From an uncultured Candidatus Peribacteria bacterium (GTDB lineage Bacteria; Patescibacteriota; Gracilibacteria; Peribacterales; Peribacteraceae): a DNA stretch of 52,659 nt. The position numbers and the translations under genes were made by a program. Under the pieces are notes generated by a model, which was given only the letters and a program-made list of their open reading frames with translations, was not told where the DNA came from and did no database searches. The stretch is from contig CAZYAK010000004.1 in assembly GCA_964645935.1 (NCBI GenBank), positions 1 through 52,659 of the forward strand, given 5' to 3'. Of the stretch, positions 15,890 through 23,859 are shown piece by piece (the stretch's first letter is position 1; each line of letters starts with the position of its first letter).

Positions 15890-17191
15890 TCACCCGCCGA
15901 ACACGCATTTCCGGAACACCTCCCCCTTCTCCTCAAAATTCTTAAACATCCCGTAGCTTGGGGACGCCGTGGACAGCAGCACGATGTCGCCTTCCGCGGT
16001 CTTGGCCTTGGCCGCCTTCACCGCGTCCTCCATGGTGGGGGATTCATGGAAGCACACGTCCGCGCGCGCGTCGCCGATGGCCTGCCGAATGCGCGGGCCG
16101 CTGCCGGGGAAGAGGATCACGGTGCGGACGGAGGACTTCGCGATGCGCGCTCCCAGCGCCGAAAACGGCACGCCGCGGTCCTGGCCACCCAGGATGATGG
16201 TCTTCACACGGTCGCCGAGCGCGTCCAGCGCCGCGATGGCGGAGTCGGGCGTCGTGGAGATGGCGTCGTCCACCCACTCGATGCCGTCGTGCACCCCCAG
16301 CGATTGCAGGCGGTGGGGCAGACCCTGGAACTCCTTGAGGACCGGCAGCCACAGCTCCTTGGCGACGCCGAAGTGCTCCGCCACCTTGCAGGCTCCCGCG
16401 ATGTTCCCCAGGTTATGGCGCCCGATGAGGCGGATCTCCTTGAGCGTGATGGGCGAGTCGTCGTCCGAGAACGGCACCTTCCTGCCCTGACCCTCCTGGG
16501 CGATGTCCACGGCGCCCGGGGACTTGGCGTTGTAGAAGACGATGTCCCCCGGCCCTTGGAAGCGGCACACGTGCGTCTTGGCGTCTTTGTACGCCTCCAG
16601 CGAGCCGTGATAGTCCAGGTGCTCCGGGAAAAAGCTCGTCACCACGGCGACCGCCGGGCTCACCGCGAGGTCCATCAGCTGATAGCTGCTCATCTCCTCC
16701 ACAAAGAGGACGCCGGGCTTGGCGAGGTCCGCGTACTCCAGTACGGGCTTGCCGATGTTCCCGATGAGGTGGGCGTCCTTGCCGCCGGCTTTGAGGAGCG
16801 CGTGGATGAGCGTGGAGGTCGTGCTCTTGCCCTTCGATCCGGTGATGCCGATGATCGTTGCACCCGTGCCCTCCACTGCGGCGTAGAAGAGCGCGGTGCC
16901 GGACGTGAGCGTACCGCTCGTCCGTAGCGCCTCGATCTCTGGGCCTGGGGGGATGCCGGGGGATTTGATGACCGCGTCGAACGCATCGAGCCCCTGCAGG
17001 AACTCCAGACCCGTCTTGAGACGGGGCTGGAGCGGGCTCGTTGGGGCGACGAGTGCTGCGTTGCCATCGGCGATCGTCACGCGGGCCGTTGGTGCGTGCT
17101 TCTCTAGCGCCGCAAGCGTGGCCTGCCCCTCCTTTCCAAAGCCCAGAATGCAGACGTTCTTGCCGTCGAGATCCGGGAGTCGCAGGGCCAT
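15890..17191 (-). CDS. murD: UDP-N-acetylmuramoyl-L-alanine--glutamate ligase (MurD family)
   Basis: ORF 15890..17191(-). N-terminal Rossmann segment VCILGFGKEGQA, Mur-ligase P-loop GITGSKGKSTTSTLI, and C-terminal domain …DDAISTTPDSAIAAL…. Confidence 0.85.
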   Translation of the reverse strand: MALRLPDLDGKNVCILGFGKEGQATLAALEKHAPTARVTIADGNAALVAPTSPLQPRLKTGLEFLQGLDAFDAVIKSPGIPPGPEIEALRTSGTLTSGTALFYAAVEGTGATIIGITGSKGKSTTSTLIHALLKAGGKDAHLIGNIGKPVLEYADLAKPGVLFVEEMSSYQLMDLAVSPAVAVVTSFFPEHLDYHGSLEAYKDAKTHVCRFQGPGDIVFYNAKSPGAVDIAQEGQGRKVPFSDDDSPITLKEIRLIGRHNLGNIAGACKVAEHFGVAKELWLPVLKEFQGLPHRLQSLGVHDGIEWVDDAISTTPDSAIAALDALGDRVKTIILGGQDRGVPFSALGARIAKSSVRTVILFPGSGPRIRQAIGDARADVCFHESPTMEDAVKAAKAKTAEGDIVLLSTASPSYGMFKNFEEKGEVFRKCVFGG

Positions 17192-17192
17192 G

Positions 17193-18542
17193 TTAGGCGG
17201 GGAGCGCGGAGAGGAAGCCTTCGGGGATCGCGTGCTCGTCGGAGGCCTTCATGGTCTCCTTCAGGAGCGCCTCGGGGTCTTTGATGCCAGGGAGGACCTT
17301 CTCGGTAAACGTCTGCATGGCGGCGGTGCCCTCCAGTTCCCCGCGGCGGTGCGCCAGCACGAAGGCGGCGGCGGTCTCGTCCGGCGTGCCCACGCATTCG
17401 AAGGGCTTGTGGCCTTCCAAGCCGAGCAACTCCTTGTAGAGCACCTGGAGCGCAGGAGCATCGAAGAAGTCACCCCCGAACACCATTTGCAGGTCCTTCT
17501 TGGGCAGGAACGCGGCGAGCAGTGCGTAGGAGAACGCGCACTTGGGGCACGTTCCGCACCAGCGCTTATCCGGCTTCTCGCCCACGATCTTCCAGTTCTT
17601 GTTGCAGCTCGTGAAGAGGCGCAGGTACTGGCGGTGCTTGGTGAGGAGCTCGGCGATCTTCAGCTCGCTCAGCGGCCGCAGGAGGCTGAAGTACTCCACG
17701 CGGTCTGTGACGCTCTCTGCGAGGTACGCCCGGAACGCGCGCTCGAACGCGAGCGACTTGCTCCACTGGTGGTTGATTTCCCGGCCCTTAAACACCACGT
17801 TACCCTCGTTGGCGCTGCGCTCGTTGCTGAAGGCGACGGCGTCGAACTCGTACAGGAGTGCCAGCACCACCGTGACGCACGAGAGGTATGCGGTGATCGG
17901 CACATGGCCGTTGAGGGCGCCATCGGCGTTGAGCTTGAACAGTTCCGGCGCCAGCGCGCGCTTAACGGTGATCATGGGCAGCCGCGCGGTCTCGGCCGTG
18001 GCGTCGATGAGCGGGTGCGCACCCATCCGGAAGAGCGTGACTCCGTGCTTGGCCGCGCGCAGCAGTTCCGCAGTGACGAGCGAATCCTTGCCACCGCCGA
18101 TGGGCACCAGGACGCGGCGGCCCTTCCACGTGTCGGGCCCGGAACCGGGTGCGCGCGGCGTCATCTCGCCGCCGCCGACGGGGAAATGGATGAGGCCCTC
18201 GGAGCCGATGTCGTTTTGGTAGAAGAACTCCCCGAGCCCATGCTCGTACACGTCCTTCCAGAACGCCGCCTCGGCGGGGAGGAGCGAGCCGGAACGGATC
18301 TCGATCTTGGGAGGAAGGCACGTCTTGAAGTAGCTGATGCCGCCGATGAGGTGCAACGCGAACATCGCGCGCCGCAGCTGGTCCGGGTCGTACGTCGCCG
18401 GGCGCGGCCAGTCCTTGGAGGAGGGGAGCGTGAGCGTCTCCGTACACTTCACCTCGTCGTCGAGGGCGTAGCGCAGCTGGATGGTGCCCTCGGAGGGGTC
18501 GAAATCCCAGGAGTCGAATATGAACGTGGAGTACTGTTTCAT
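17193..18542 (-). CDS. PP-loop ATP-pyrophosphatase-superfamily protein; candidate MurL-type UDP-MurNAc-L-Ala-L-Glu epimerase
   Basis: ORF 17193..18689(-) trimmed to MKQYSTFIFD… (ATG at 18542), because the track start overlaps tRNA-Leu. PP-loop-like motif VLVPIGGGKDSLV and a Cys motif WCGTCPKCAF. The stop lies 1 nt before the murD start. The MurL assignment is an inference from context plus the adenylating fold. Confidence 0.6.
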   Translation of the reverse strand: MKQYSTFIFDSWDFDPSEGTIQLRYALDDEVKCTETLTLPSSKDWPRPATYDPDQLRRAMFALHLIGGISYFKTCLPPKIEIRSGSLLPAEAAFWKDVYEHGLGEFFYQNDIGSEGLIHFPVGGGEMTPRAPGSGPDTWKGRRVLVPIGGGKDSLVTAELLRAAKHGVTLFRMGAHPLIDATAETARLPMITVKRALAPELFKLNADGALNGHVPITAYLSCVTVVLALLYEFDAVAFSNERSANEGNVVFKGREINHQWSKSLAFERAFRAYLAESVTDRVEYFSLLRPLSELKIAELLTKHRQYLRLFTSCNKNWKIVGEKPDKRWCGTCPKCAFSYALLAAFLPKKDLQMVFGGDFFDAPALQVLYKELLGLEGHKPFECVGTPDETAAAFVLAHRRGELEGTAAMQTFTEKVLPGIKDPEALLKETMKASDEHAIPEGFLSALPA

Positions 18543-18607
18543 GAGGTGCTGGCAGTTTAGCTCAAGATCCTGCCTTCCGCTCGGGAATCCTGTATTCTCC
18601 CCCCTGT

Positions 18608-18691
18608 GCCGGGGTGGCGGAATGGTAGACGCGCACGACTCAAAATCGTGTACCGCAAGGTATGTGGGTTCAAGTCCCGCCCCCGGCACCA
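18608..18691 (+). tRNA. tRNA-Leu(CAA): tRNA-Leu (CAA), class II long variable arm, CCA encoded
   Basis: GCCGGGGTGGCGGAATGGTAGACGCGCACGACTCAAAATCGTGTACCGCAAGGTATGTGGGTTCAAGTCCCGCCCCCGGCACCA. Acceptor stem GCCGGGG/CCCCGGC, anticodon loop CTCAAAA. Confidence 0.9.
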
Positions 18692-18905
18692 GGACAAGGC
18701 ATCACCCCAACACGACGTTTTCTGCTGCCAACCGTCGAGCGACCTTTTGGCCCAATCGCACCACGTCCTCGTCTTCGGCGGTCTCGCGCCGGTCGGTGCC
18801 GGAGGCCTGCCGTTGGTTCCGGGAATCCGTCATACGGATGTTCGAGGGGCCCCCCCTTGGCGGTTCTTACGGGTTCCGTGATCACAAATCTTGCACGTTT
18901 CGCGC

Positions 18906-19529
18906 TCAGTCGCGGGCGCTCAGAGCCACGTTGATGCCGAGCGCCAGGAGCAGTCCGCCCACTACCCTGCCAAAGCCGTGCTGGATCACGGCGAACCGCT
19001 CGCGGATGGGGCGCAGCGACAGCACCGACGCCACGAGCGAGAACCACGCGAAGGTCTGTGCGGACATATAGAAGCCGTACAACGCCTGGAGCATGAGCGG
19101 GGTGCTCGGGTCGATGAGCTGTGTGAAGAGCGCCAGGAAGAAGAGTGTTGCTTTAGGGTTGAGCGCGTTGCAGAGGAATCCGGACCAAAGGGCAGCACTC
19201 GCGCCGATCGCGCGGCGCTCCACGGCTTCCTCGGAAGCCTCTCCATCGGGCTTCCGGGCGAAAAGCGCCTTACAGCCAATGACGATGAGGTACGCCGCGC
19301 CTGCGAGCTTGATGGCGTTGAAGAGCAGGATGGACTGCGAGATCACGAGCCCAATGCCGAGCAGGGAGTACGTCACGTGCACGCCGATTCCCAGCGCGAA
19401 GCCCGCAGCGGTCCAGATGCCTGCGCGGCGCGATCCCGCGAGGCTATTTCGGACGATCAGTGCGAAATCCGGCCCCGGGCTCATCACGGCGAGGAGATGG
19501 ATGGCGGCGAGGGTGACGAAGGTCTTCAT
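18906..19529 (-). CDS. LysE/RhtB-family amino-acid exporter
   Basis: ORF 18906..19529(-). N-terminal signature MSPGPDFALIVRNSL and about 5-6 TM helices, typical of the LysE family. Confidence 0.85.
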   Translation of the reverse strand: MKTFVTLAAIHLLAVMSPGPDFALIVRNSLAGSRRAGIWTAAGFALGIGVHVTYSLLGIGLVISQSILLFNAIKLAGAAYLIVIGCKALFARKPDGEASEEAVERRAIGASAALWSGFLCNALNPKATLFFLALFTQLIDPSTPLMLQALYGFYMSAQTFAWFSLVASVLSLRPIRERFAVIQHGFGRVVGGLLLALGINVALSARD

Positions 19530-19578
19530 GAGACAGAGGGAAGAGCGGCCACGATACCACGGCTGCTAGACTCCGCGC

Positions 19579-20340
19579 ATGCGCCTCGCCTCCCTCTCGC
19601 CGGCCGCCACGGAGATCGTCTGGGCGCTGGGAAAGGGGAGGGATGTGGTCTGCACGGATCAGTTCTCCAACTGGCCCGACGAGGCCAAGACACTCCCACA
19701 CCTGCGCGACCACCAAACAATCGATCCCGAAGCGCTCCACACGCACGCGCCCGAGCTCACGCTCACGGGCACTGTGGTGCAGGAGAAGCTCGCCACCACC
19801 CTGCGCGCCGCCGGATTTGCGGTCGCGCACCAGGATCCGCGCCTCCTCTCGGAGGTGTGGCAGGCGGTGCGGCAGCTCGGCACTATCCTGGACGCGGAGC
19901 CGGAAGCAGAGCGCGTGGTACTCCAGATGCAGCAGGCGCTCAATGCCGTACAGACCAAGGCGCGTCTGTTGCCGCGCCGTCCCAAGGTGTACGTGGAGGA
20001 GTGGCATCGGCCGCCCATGGCCTCGGGCAACTGGGTGCCGGAGATCGTACGCATCGCGGGTGGCGAGCCGTTCCCGATCCCGCCTGGGCAGCTGAGCCGG
20101 GAAGTGACGCTTGCGGAGGTGGTGAAGTTTGACCCCGACCTCATCGTCATCAGTTGGTGCGGTGCCGCAGCGCTTGCGGACAAGGCACTGCTCTTGGAGC
20201 GTGCGGGGTGGCAGGACGTCCGAGCGGTGAAGCAGGGCGCAGTGCGTGTCATTGACGATTCGCTGCTCAACCGCCCCGGGCCGCGCCTTGCGGAGGGCGC
20301 GCAGCGGATCTACGGATGGTTGTTCGAACTCACACACTGA
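19579..20340 (+). CDS. BtuF/TroA-like (Peripla_BP_2) ligand-binding protein without a recognisable signal peptide
   Basis: ORF 19579..20340(+). MRLASLSPAATEIVWALG…, …PDLIVISWCG… and …VRVIDDSLLNRPGPRLAEG match the cobalamin/siderophore-binding-protein fold. No N-terminal hydrophobic leader or lipobox. Confidence 0.7.
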   Translation: MRLASLSPAATEIVWALGKGRDVVCTDQFSNWPDEAKTLPHLRDHQTIDPEALHTHAPELTLTGTVVQEKLATTLRAAGFAVAHQDPRLLSEVWQAVRQLGTILDAEPEAERVVLQMQQALNAVQTKARLLPRRPKVYVEEWHRPPMASGNWVPEIVRIAGGEPFPIPPGQLSREVTLAEVVKFDPDLIVISWCGAAALADKALLLERAGWQDVRAVKQGAVRVIDDSLLNRPGPRLAEGAQRIYGWLFELTH

Positions 20341-20398
20341 CGCCTTGCCCGCCGCCACCTCCCCACCGTATCGTGCCGGCACTTCACCCCTCCCGCCC

Positions 20399-21034
20399 AT
20401 GGCCACCTTCGCCGACCTCGACCAGCAGATCGCCAAGCAGAGCCTCCTGCTCCACCCGTTCTACGTGAAGTGGACCAAGGGCGAGCTGACCCGTGAGGAC
20501 CTGCAGGTCTACGCCAAGGAGTACTACCACCTGGTGGCCCGCATCCCCGGCATCGTGGAGCGCGTGGCGGTGCGCGCGAAGGAGGATTCCCTGCGTGCGC
20601 AAATCGAGCAGAACGCCCGCGAGGAGCATGAGCATGTGGCGCTCTGGGAGCGTTTTGCCAAGAGCCTCGGCATCCAGACCGCGGAGCTTCAGGCGCACGT
20701 TGCGTCGGATACGGTGCAGGGAGCCGTCGCGGAGCTGGAGACGCTGGCCGAAGGATCCTTCGAGGACGGCCTCGTGGCGATGTACGCCCTGGAGGCCGAG
20801 CTGCCCGCCATCGCCCGTACCAAGATGGACGGTCTCAAGGAGTTCTACGGCCTCACGTCCGAGGACGCGCAGATCTACTTTGAGGAGCACCTCAAGGAAG
20901 AGAAGCACCTCGCTGTGTGGCGCGCCGCGGGCCTGCCCGACGGTGCAGAGGTCCCGGCCGCTCGCTCGCTCGCAGCCCAGAACCGCGTGTTGGACGCCGT
21001 GTGCGAGGAAGCGGGAATCGCCATGGCGTGCTGA
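20399..21034 (+). CDS. CADD/PqqC/TenA-like haem-oxygenase-fold di-iron protein
   Basis: ORF 20246..21034(+) trimmed to MATFADLDQQI…. Segments HPFYVKWTKGELTREDLQVYAKEYYH, EEHEHVALWERFA and YFEEHLKEEKHL resemble the CADD family implicated in pABA synthesis. Confidence 0.7.
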   Translation: MATFADLDQQIAKQSLLLHPFYVKWTKGELTREDLQVYAKEYYHLVARIPGIVERVAVRAKEDSLRAQIEQNAREEHEHVALWERFAKSLGIQTAELQAHVASDTVQGAVAELETLAEGSFEDGLVAMYALEAELPAIARTKMDGLKEFYGLTSEDAQIYFEEHLKEEKHLAVWRAAGLPDGAEVPAARSLAAQNRVLDAVCEEAGIAMAC

Positions 21035-21044
21035 GGGGTTTCCC

Positions 21045-21154
21045 GTGCTTCGATACGCCCGAACTGCTGTTCGGGCTACTCAGCATGACACGTTTTGCCC
21101 GTATATCGTGTCATGCTGAGTAGCTCAAGCCGGAGCTTGAGCGTATCGAAGCAC
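21045..21154. repeat. intergenic repeat locus R2: two 48-nt U units in inverted orientation (110-nt palindromic composite)
   Basis: 21045-21092 reads gtgcttcgatacgc|ccgaactgctgttcggg|ctactcagcatgacacg. 21107-21154 is the reverse complement with identical flanks (14+17 nt), but its inner hairpin has a different sequence (ctcaagc cgga gcttgag). Confidence 0.75.
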
Positions 21155-21230
21155 ATGTAGCTGCTGCGGCCGTCCCCAGATACGAACAAGGCAATTGTGC
21201 CCGATCATTCCGGGGCCTACGCTCTCCTTA

Positions 21231-22520
21231 ATGGCCTCCTCCACTCCCTACACCCGCTTCCAGCGCAACCTCCAGGAGACAATGGATCTGCTCAAGCTCT
21301 CGGCTTCCGAGCGCAAACTCCTCCAAGAGCCTCAACATATCCACAAGCAGAATCTCGCCATCACCCGGGACGATGGCACCCAGGTCTCGTTTCCGGCGTT
21401 CCGCGTGCAGTTCAACGACGCGCGCGGGCCCTACAAGGGCGGCATCCGCTACCACCCGTTGGCCGACGAAGACGAAGTAAAAGCACTGGCCGCGCTCATG
21501 GCCATCAAGACCGCCGTGGTAAACATTCCCTTCGGCGGCGCCAAAGGGGGAGTGCAGTGCGATCCGAAAACGCTTTCCAAGAAGGAGGTGCAGGCAGTGT
21601 CACGCGCGTACGTACGTGCGTTCCTCAGCCACTTGGGTCCGGACATCGACTGCCCAGCTCCGGACGTGAATACGAACCCCGACATCATGGCCTGGATGCG
21701 CGACGAGTACGAGAAGGCCACGCGCACCTACGCGCCGGCGATGATCACCGGGAAGCCCTTGTCGTACGGGGGATCTCGGGGGAGGGGAGAGGCCACGGCC
21801 CGCGGTGGATTCTGTATTCTCGAGGAGATGATCCAGGGCGAGGGCCTCGACCCCAAAGACCTCCGAGTGGTAGTACAGGGCTTCGGCAACGCGGGCGGCA
21901 CCATGGCCAAGATGCTCCAGACCGCGGGCTTCGCGGTGGTAGGCATTTCGGATTCGCACGGCGGCATCTACTCCGAGCAGGGGCTGGACCCCCTGCGCAT
22001 CGACAAGTACAAGCGCAAGACGGGCTCCGTGACGGGCGAATACTGCGAGGGTTCCGTCTGCGACCTGGAGAAGATGAACATGGACGGCGTGCAGGTGGTC
22101 ACCAACGAGCAACTGCTGGAGATGCCGTGTGACATCCTCATTCCCGCTGCGCTCGATAACGTCATCACCGCGGAGAACGCCGCCAGGATCCAGGCCAAGT
22201 ACGTCCTGGAGTTGGCAAACGGCCCCACGACCCCAGAGGCGGATGCCATATTGGAACAGAAGGGCGTGCGTATCATCCCCGACGTTCTGGCCAATGCAGG
22301 CGGCGTGACGGTGAGCTACTTCGAGTGGACGCAGGGACGCAGCGGCGAACAGTGGACCGACGAGTACGTAGACTCCGAGCTCAAGCGCATCATGCTCGCT
22401 GGCTACCAGGCCGTGCGACGAGAAGTGCACCGCAAAGGCCTCACGTACCGCCAGGCCGCGTTCGTTGTGGGAGTGCGCCGCATCGTGGACACCATGCGCG
22501 TGCGCGGATGGACGACGTGA
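21231..22520 (+). CDS. gdhA: NAD(P)-dependent glutamate dehydrogenase
   Basis: ORF 21195..22520(+) trimmed to MASSTPYTRF…. Catalytic region GPYKGGIRYHP…PFGGAKGG and dinucleotide fold VVVQGFGNAGG. Confidence 0.9.
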   Translation: MASSTPYTRFQRNLQETMDLLKLSASERKLLQEPQHIHKQNLAITRDDGTQVSFPAFRVQFNDARGPYKGGIRYHPLADEDEVKALAALMAIKTAVVNIPFGGAKGGVQCDPKTLSKKEVQAVSRAYVRAFLSHLGPDIDCPAPDVNTNPDIMAWMRDEYEKATRTYAPAMITGKPLSYGGSRGRGEATARGGFCILEEMIQGEGLDPKDLRVVVQGFGNAGGTMAKMLQTAGFAVVGISDSHGGIYSEQGLDPLRIDKYKRKTGSVTGEYCEGSVCDLEKMNMDGVQVVTNEQLLEMPCDILIPAALDNVITAENAARIQAKYVLELANGPTTPEADAILEQKGVRIIPDVLANAGGVTVSYFEWTQGRSGEQWTDEYVDSELKRIMLAGYQAVRREVHRKGLTYRQAAFVVGVRRIVDTMRVRGWTT

Positions 22521-23666
22521 TCACTCGGGGAGTAGGGCGCGTAGCATCTCCACCGCCTGGTTCGCCGACGGACGGTCGCACATCGGTGCGAGGAGCGCCG
22601 CGATGACTCGCTCGAACCGACAATCCCGTACAGGAAGCGTTTCTTGTGTTGTCCGTCGTTCCCGCCGCGCCGCGTCCTCCGCTGCACGTACCCCGCGCCA
22701 ACGGCCAGCATCGATCGCCTCTCGTAGTCGTTGCCAGTCCGTCATGCGCCGGAACGGGCTCCGCGCATACCCCTCCCAGGCGATGGCTCCCAGCGCGTAG
22801 ACGTCCGCAGCCCGGTCCCGCGGTCCGCCTGCCAGCACGCGCGGATCCGCGTACCCGCGGGTAGCTTCTACCAGGGACCCATCTGCATCGTTCCCGTCGC
22901 GCGTTGCCAGCCCGAAATCGACAAGCCAAGCCCGAGGCGCCTGCCCGGATCCCCACGGCGTCCCCACAAGCACGTTGTCGGGCGTGACGTCACCGTGCGC
23001 GATTCCGTGCGCGTGGAGGCTTGCTAGGGTCTCCGCCGTGCCGGTCCACGCTTCCGCCAGCGCCGGTGCGGGACCAGGTGTTCCCAGACTGTGCAGCGAG
23101 CGCAGCGGCGAGCCCTCGAGCAATTCTTCCACCAGGAACGGCCCTTCCCCCGTCTCGCCGCGCCCCAGTAAACGCGGCACACCCACCACCCGGAGCTCGG
23201 CCAGCACATCCGCTTCCTCTCGCAGATGAACGTCAGCGAGGGGATCGCCGGAGGAGACTTTTACCGCCGCCCGTCCCACCCGTTCTACTTCCGCGTCCCA
23301 GAGGCTCCCGAACCCGCCTTTACCCAGTCGGTCATGTAAGACAGCCAGGGATCCATCTGTTAGGCGGCACGCTCGCGGGCGCGGCCGGGGCTCTCCCAGG
23401 CTCCCCAGTACCTCCTCCACCCACCAGCGCACCGTCCTTCCCCGTCGTTCGATGAGTGCGCGTGGGCCGTCACGCAGTGTCGTCACCAGCGCCTCGCGTG
23501 CATCGGCGATGTTTGCGTCCCCTCGCAGCTGCAGCGTCGGTATCAGATCGGTGACGCCGACGCGTCGGAGGAGTGTGAGTAGGTCGCACGTGTCGCGGTC
23601 TGGGGCGCGGCTGGAGCAGTCCGGATCGTCGGTGGTGGTGAGGAGGGGGCAGGCGCGGAGGGGCAT
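22521..23666 (-). CDS. Hanks-type Ser/Thr protein kinase, soluble, with a variant HGD catalytic loop
   Basis: ORF 22521..23723(-); start taken at MPLRACPLL (23666), alternative at 23723. Gly loop LGKGGFGSLW, Lys context AAVKV, catalytic loop HGDVTPDNVLV, and DFG. No TM or PASTA segments. Confidence 0.75.
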   Translation of the reverse strand: MPLRACPLLTTTDDPDCSSRAPDRDTCDLLTLLRRVGVTDLIPTLQLRGDANIADAREALVTTLRDGPRALIERRGRTVRWWVEEVLGSLGEPRPRPRACRLTDGSLAVLHDRLGKGGFGSLWDAEVERVGRAAVKVSSGDPLADVHLREEADVLAELRVVGVPRLLGRGETGEGPFLVEELLEGSPLRSLHSLGTPGPAPALAEAWTGTAETLASLHAHGIAHGDVTPDNVLVGTPWGSGQAPRAWLVDFGLATRDGNDADGSLVEATRGYADPRVLAGGPRDRAADVYALGAIAWEGYARSPFRRMTDWQRLREAIDAGRWRGVRAAEDAARRERRTTQETLPVRDCRFERVIAALLAPMCDRPSANQAVEMLRALLPE

Positions 23667-23859
23667 GTGCGCTATCCCACCATGCCATCGGTATCGCGGG
23701 GCGGATCGCTGAGCAAGACCCATCCGCGCATCAGCCGTCCTGCGCGGACGGATGCGGCGCTACACGTTCCGGCGCCGAGCGGAACGCGTCGGCGTCACCG
23801 CATCTTGAGGCATGCCCGCCTAACCCGTAGGCTCACTACATCCTTTCCGTCCCGTCTTC

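Noticed and set aside
16896-18560. Very long antisense ORFs (16896..18560+, 5237..6448+, 44717..46057-, 18891..20132+, 7361..8455+, 48193..49398+, 41910..42863-, 19444..20436-).
   Set aside because: Each lies opposite a gene with clear family motifs (the PP-loop protein, a methyltransferase, FtsZ, LysE/BtuF-like, the NRAMP-like transporter, the giant ORF, the 5'-3' exonuclease). Their translations are dominated by R/G/A/H/E/D runs with no motifs. High GC suppresses stop codons on the antisense strand.
18702-18833. A 43-codon minus-strand ORF (MTDSRNQRQASGTDRRETAEDEDVVRLGQKVARRLAAENVVLG) between LysE and tRNA-Leu.
   Set aside because: The composition is protein-like, but the ORF is very short, has no recognisable RBS or family, and ends 10 nt from the tRNA. 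The evidence is too weak to call a gene.
20917-21123. Short ORFs spanning the intergenic repeats (20917..21123, 20493..21119, 45643..46167, 35464..36048, 14951..15385, 35337..35696), giving recurring peptides such as LRYARTAVRATQHD and VSPSNHDALET.
   Set aside because: The peptide similarity comes from the nucleotide repeats (U and V units), which occur in both orientations and after stop codons. The ORFs have no start context and run into neighbouring genes on the wrong strand.
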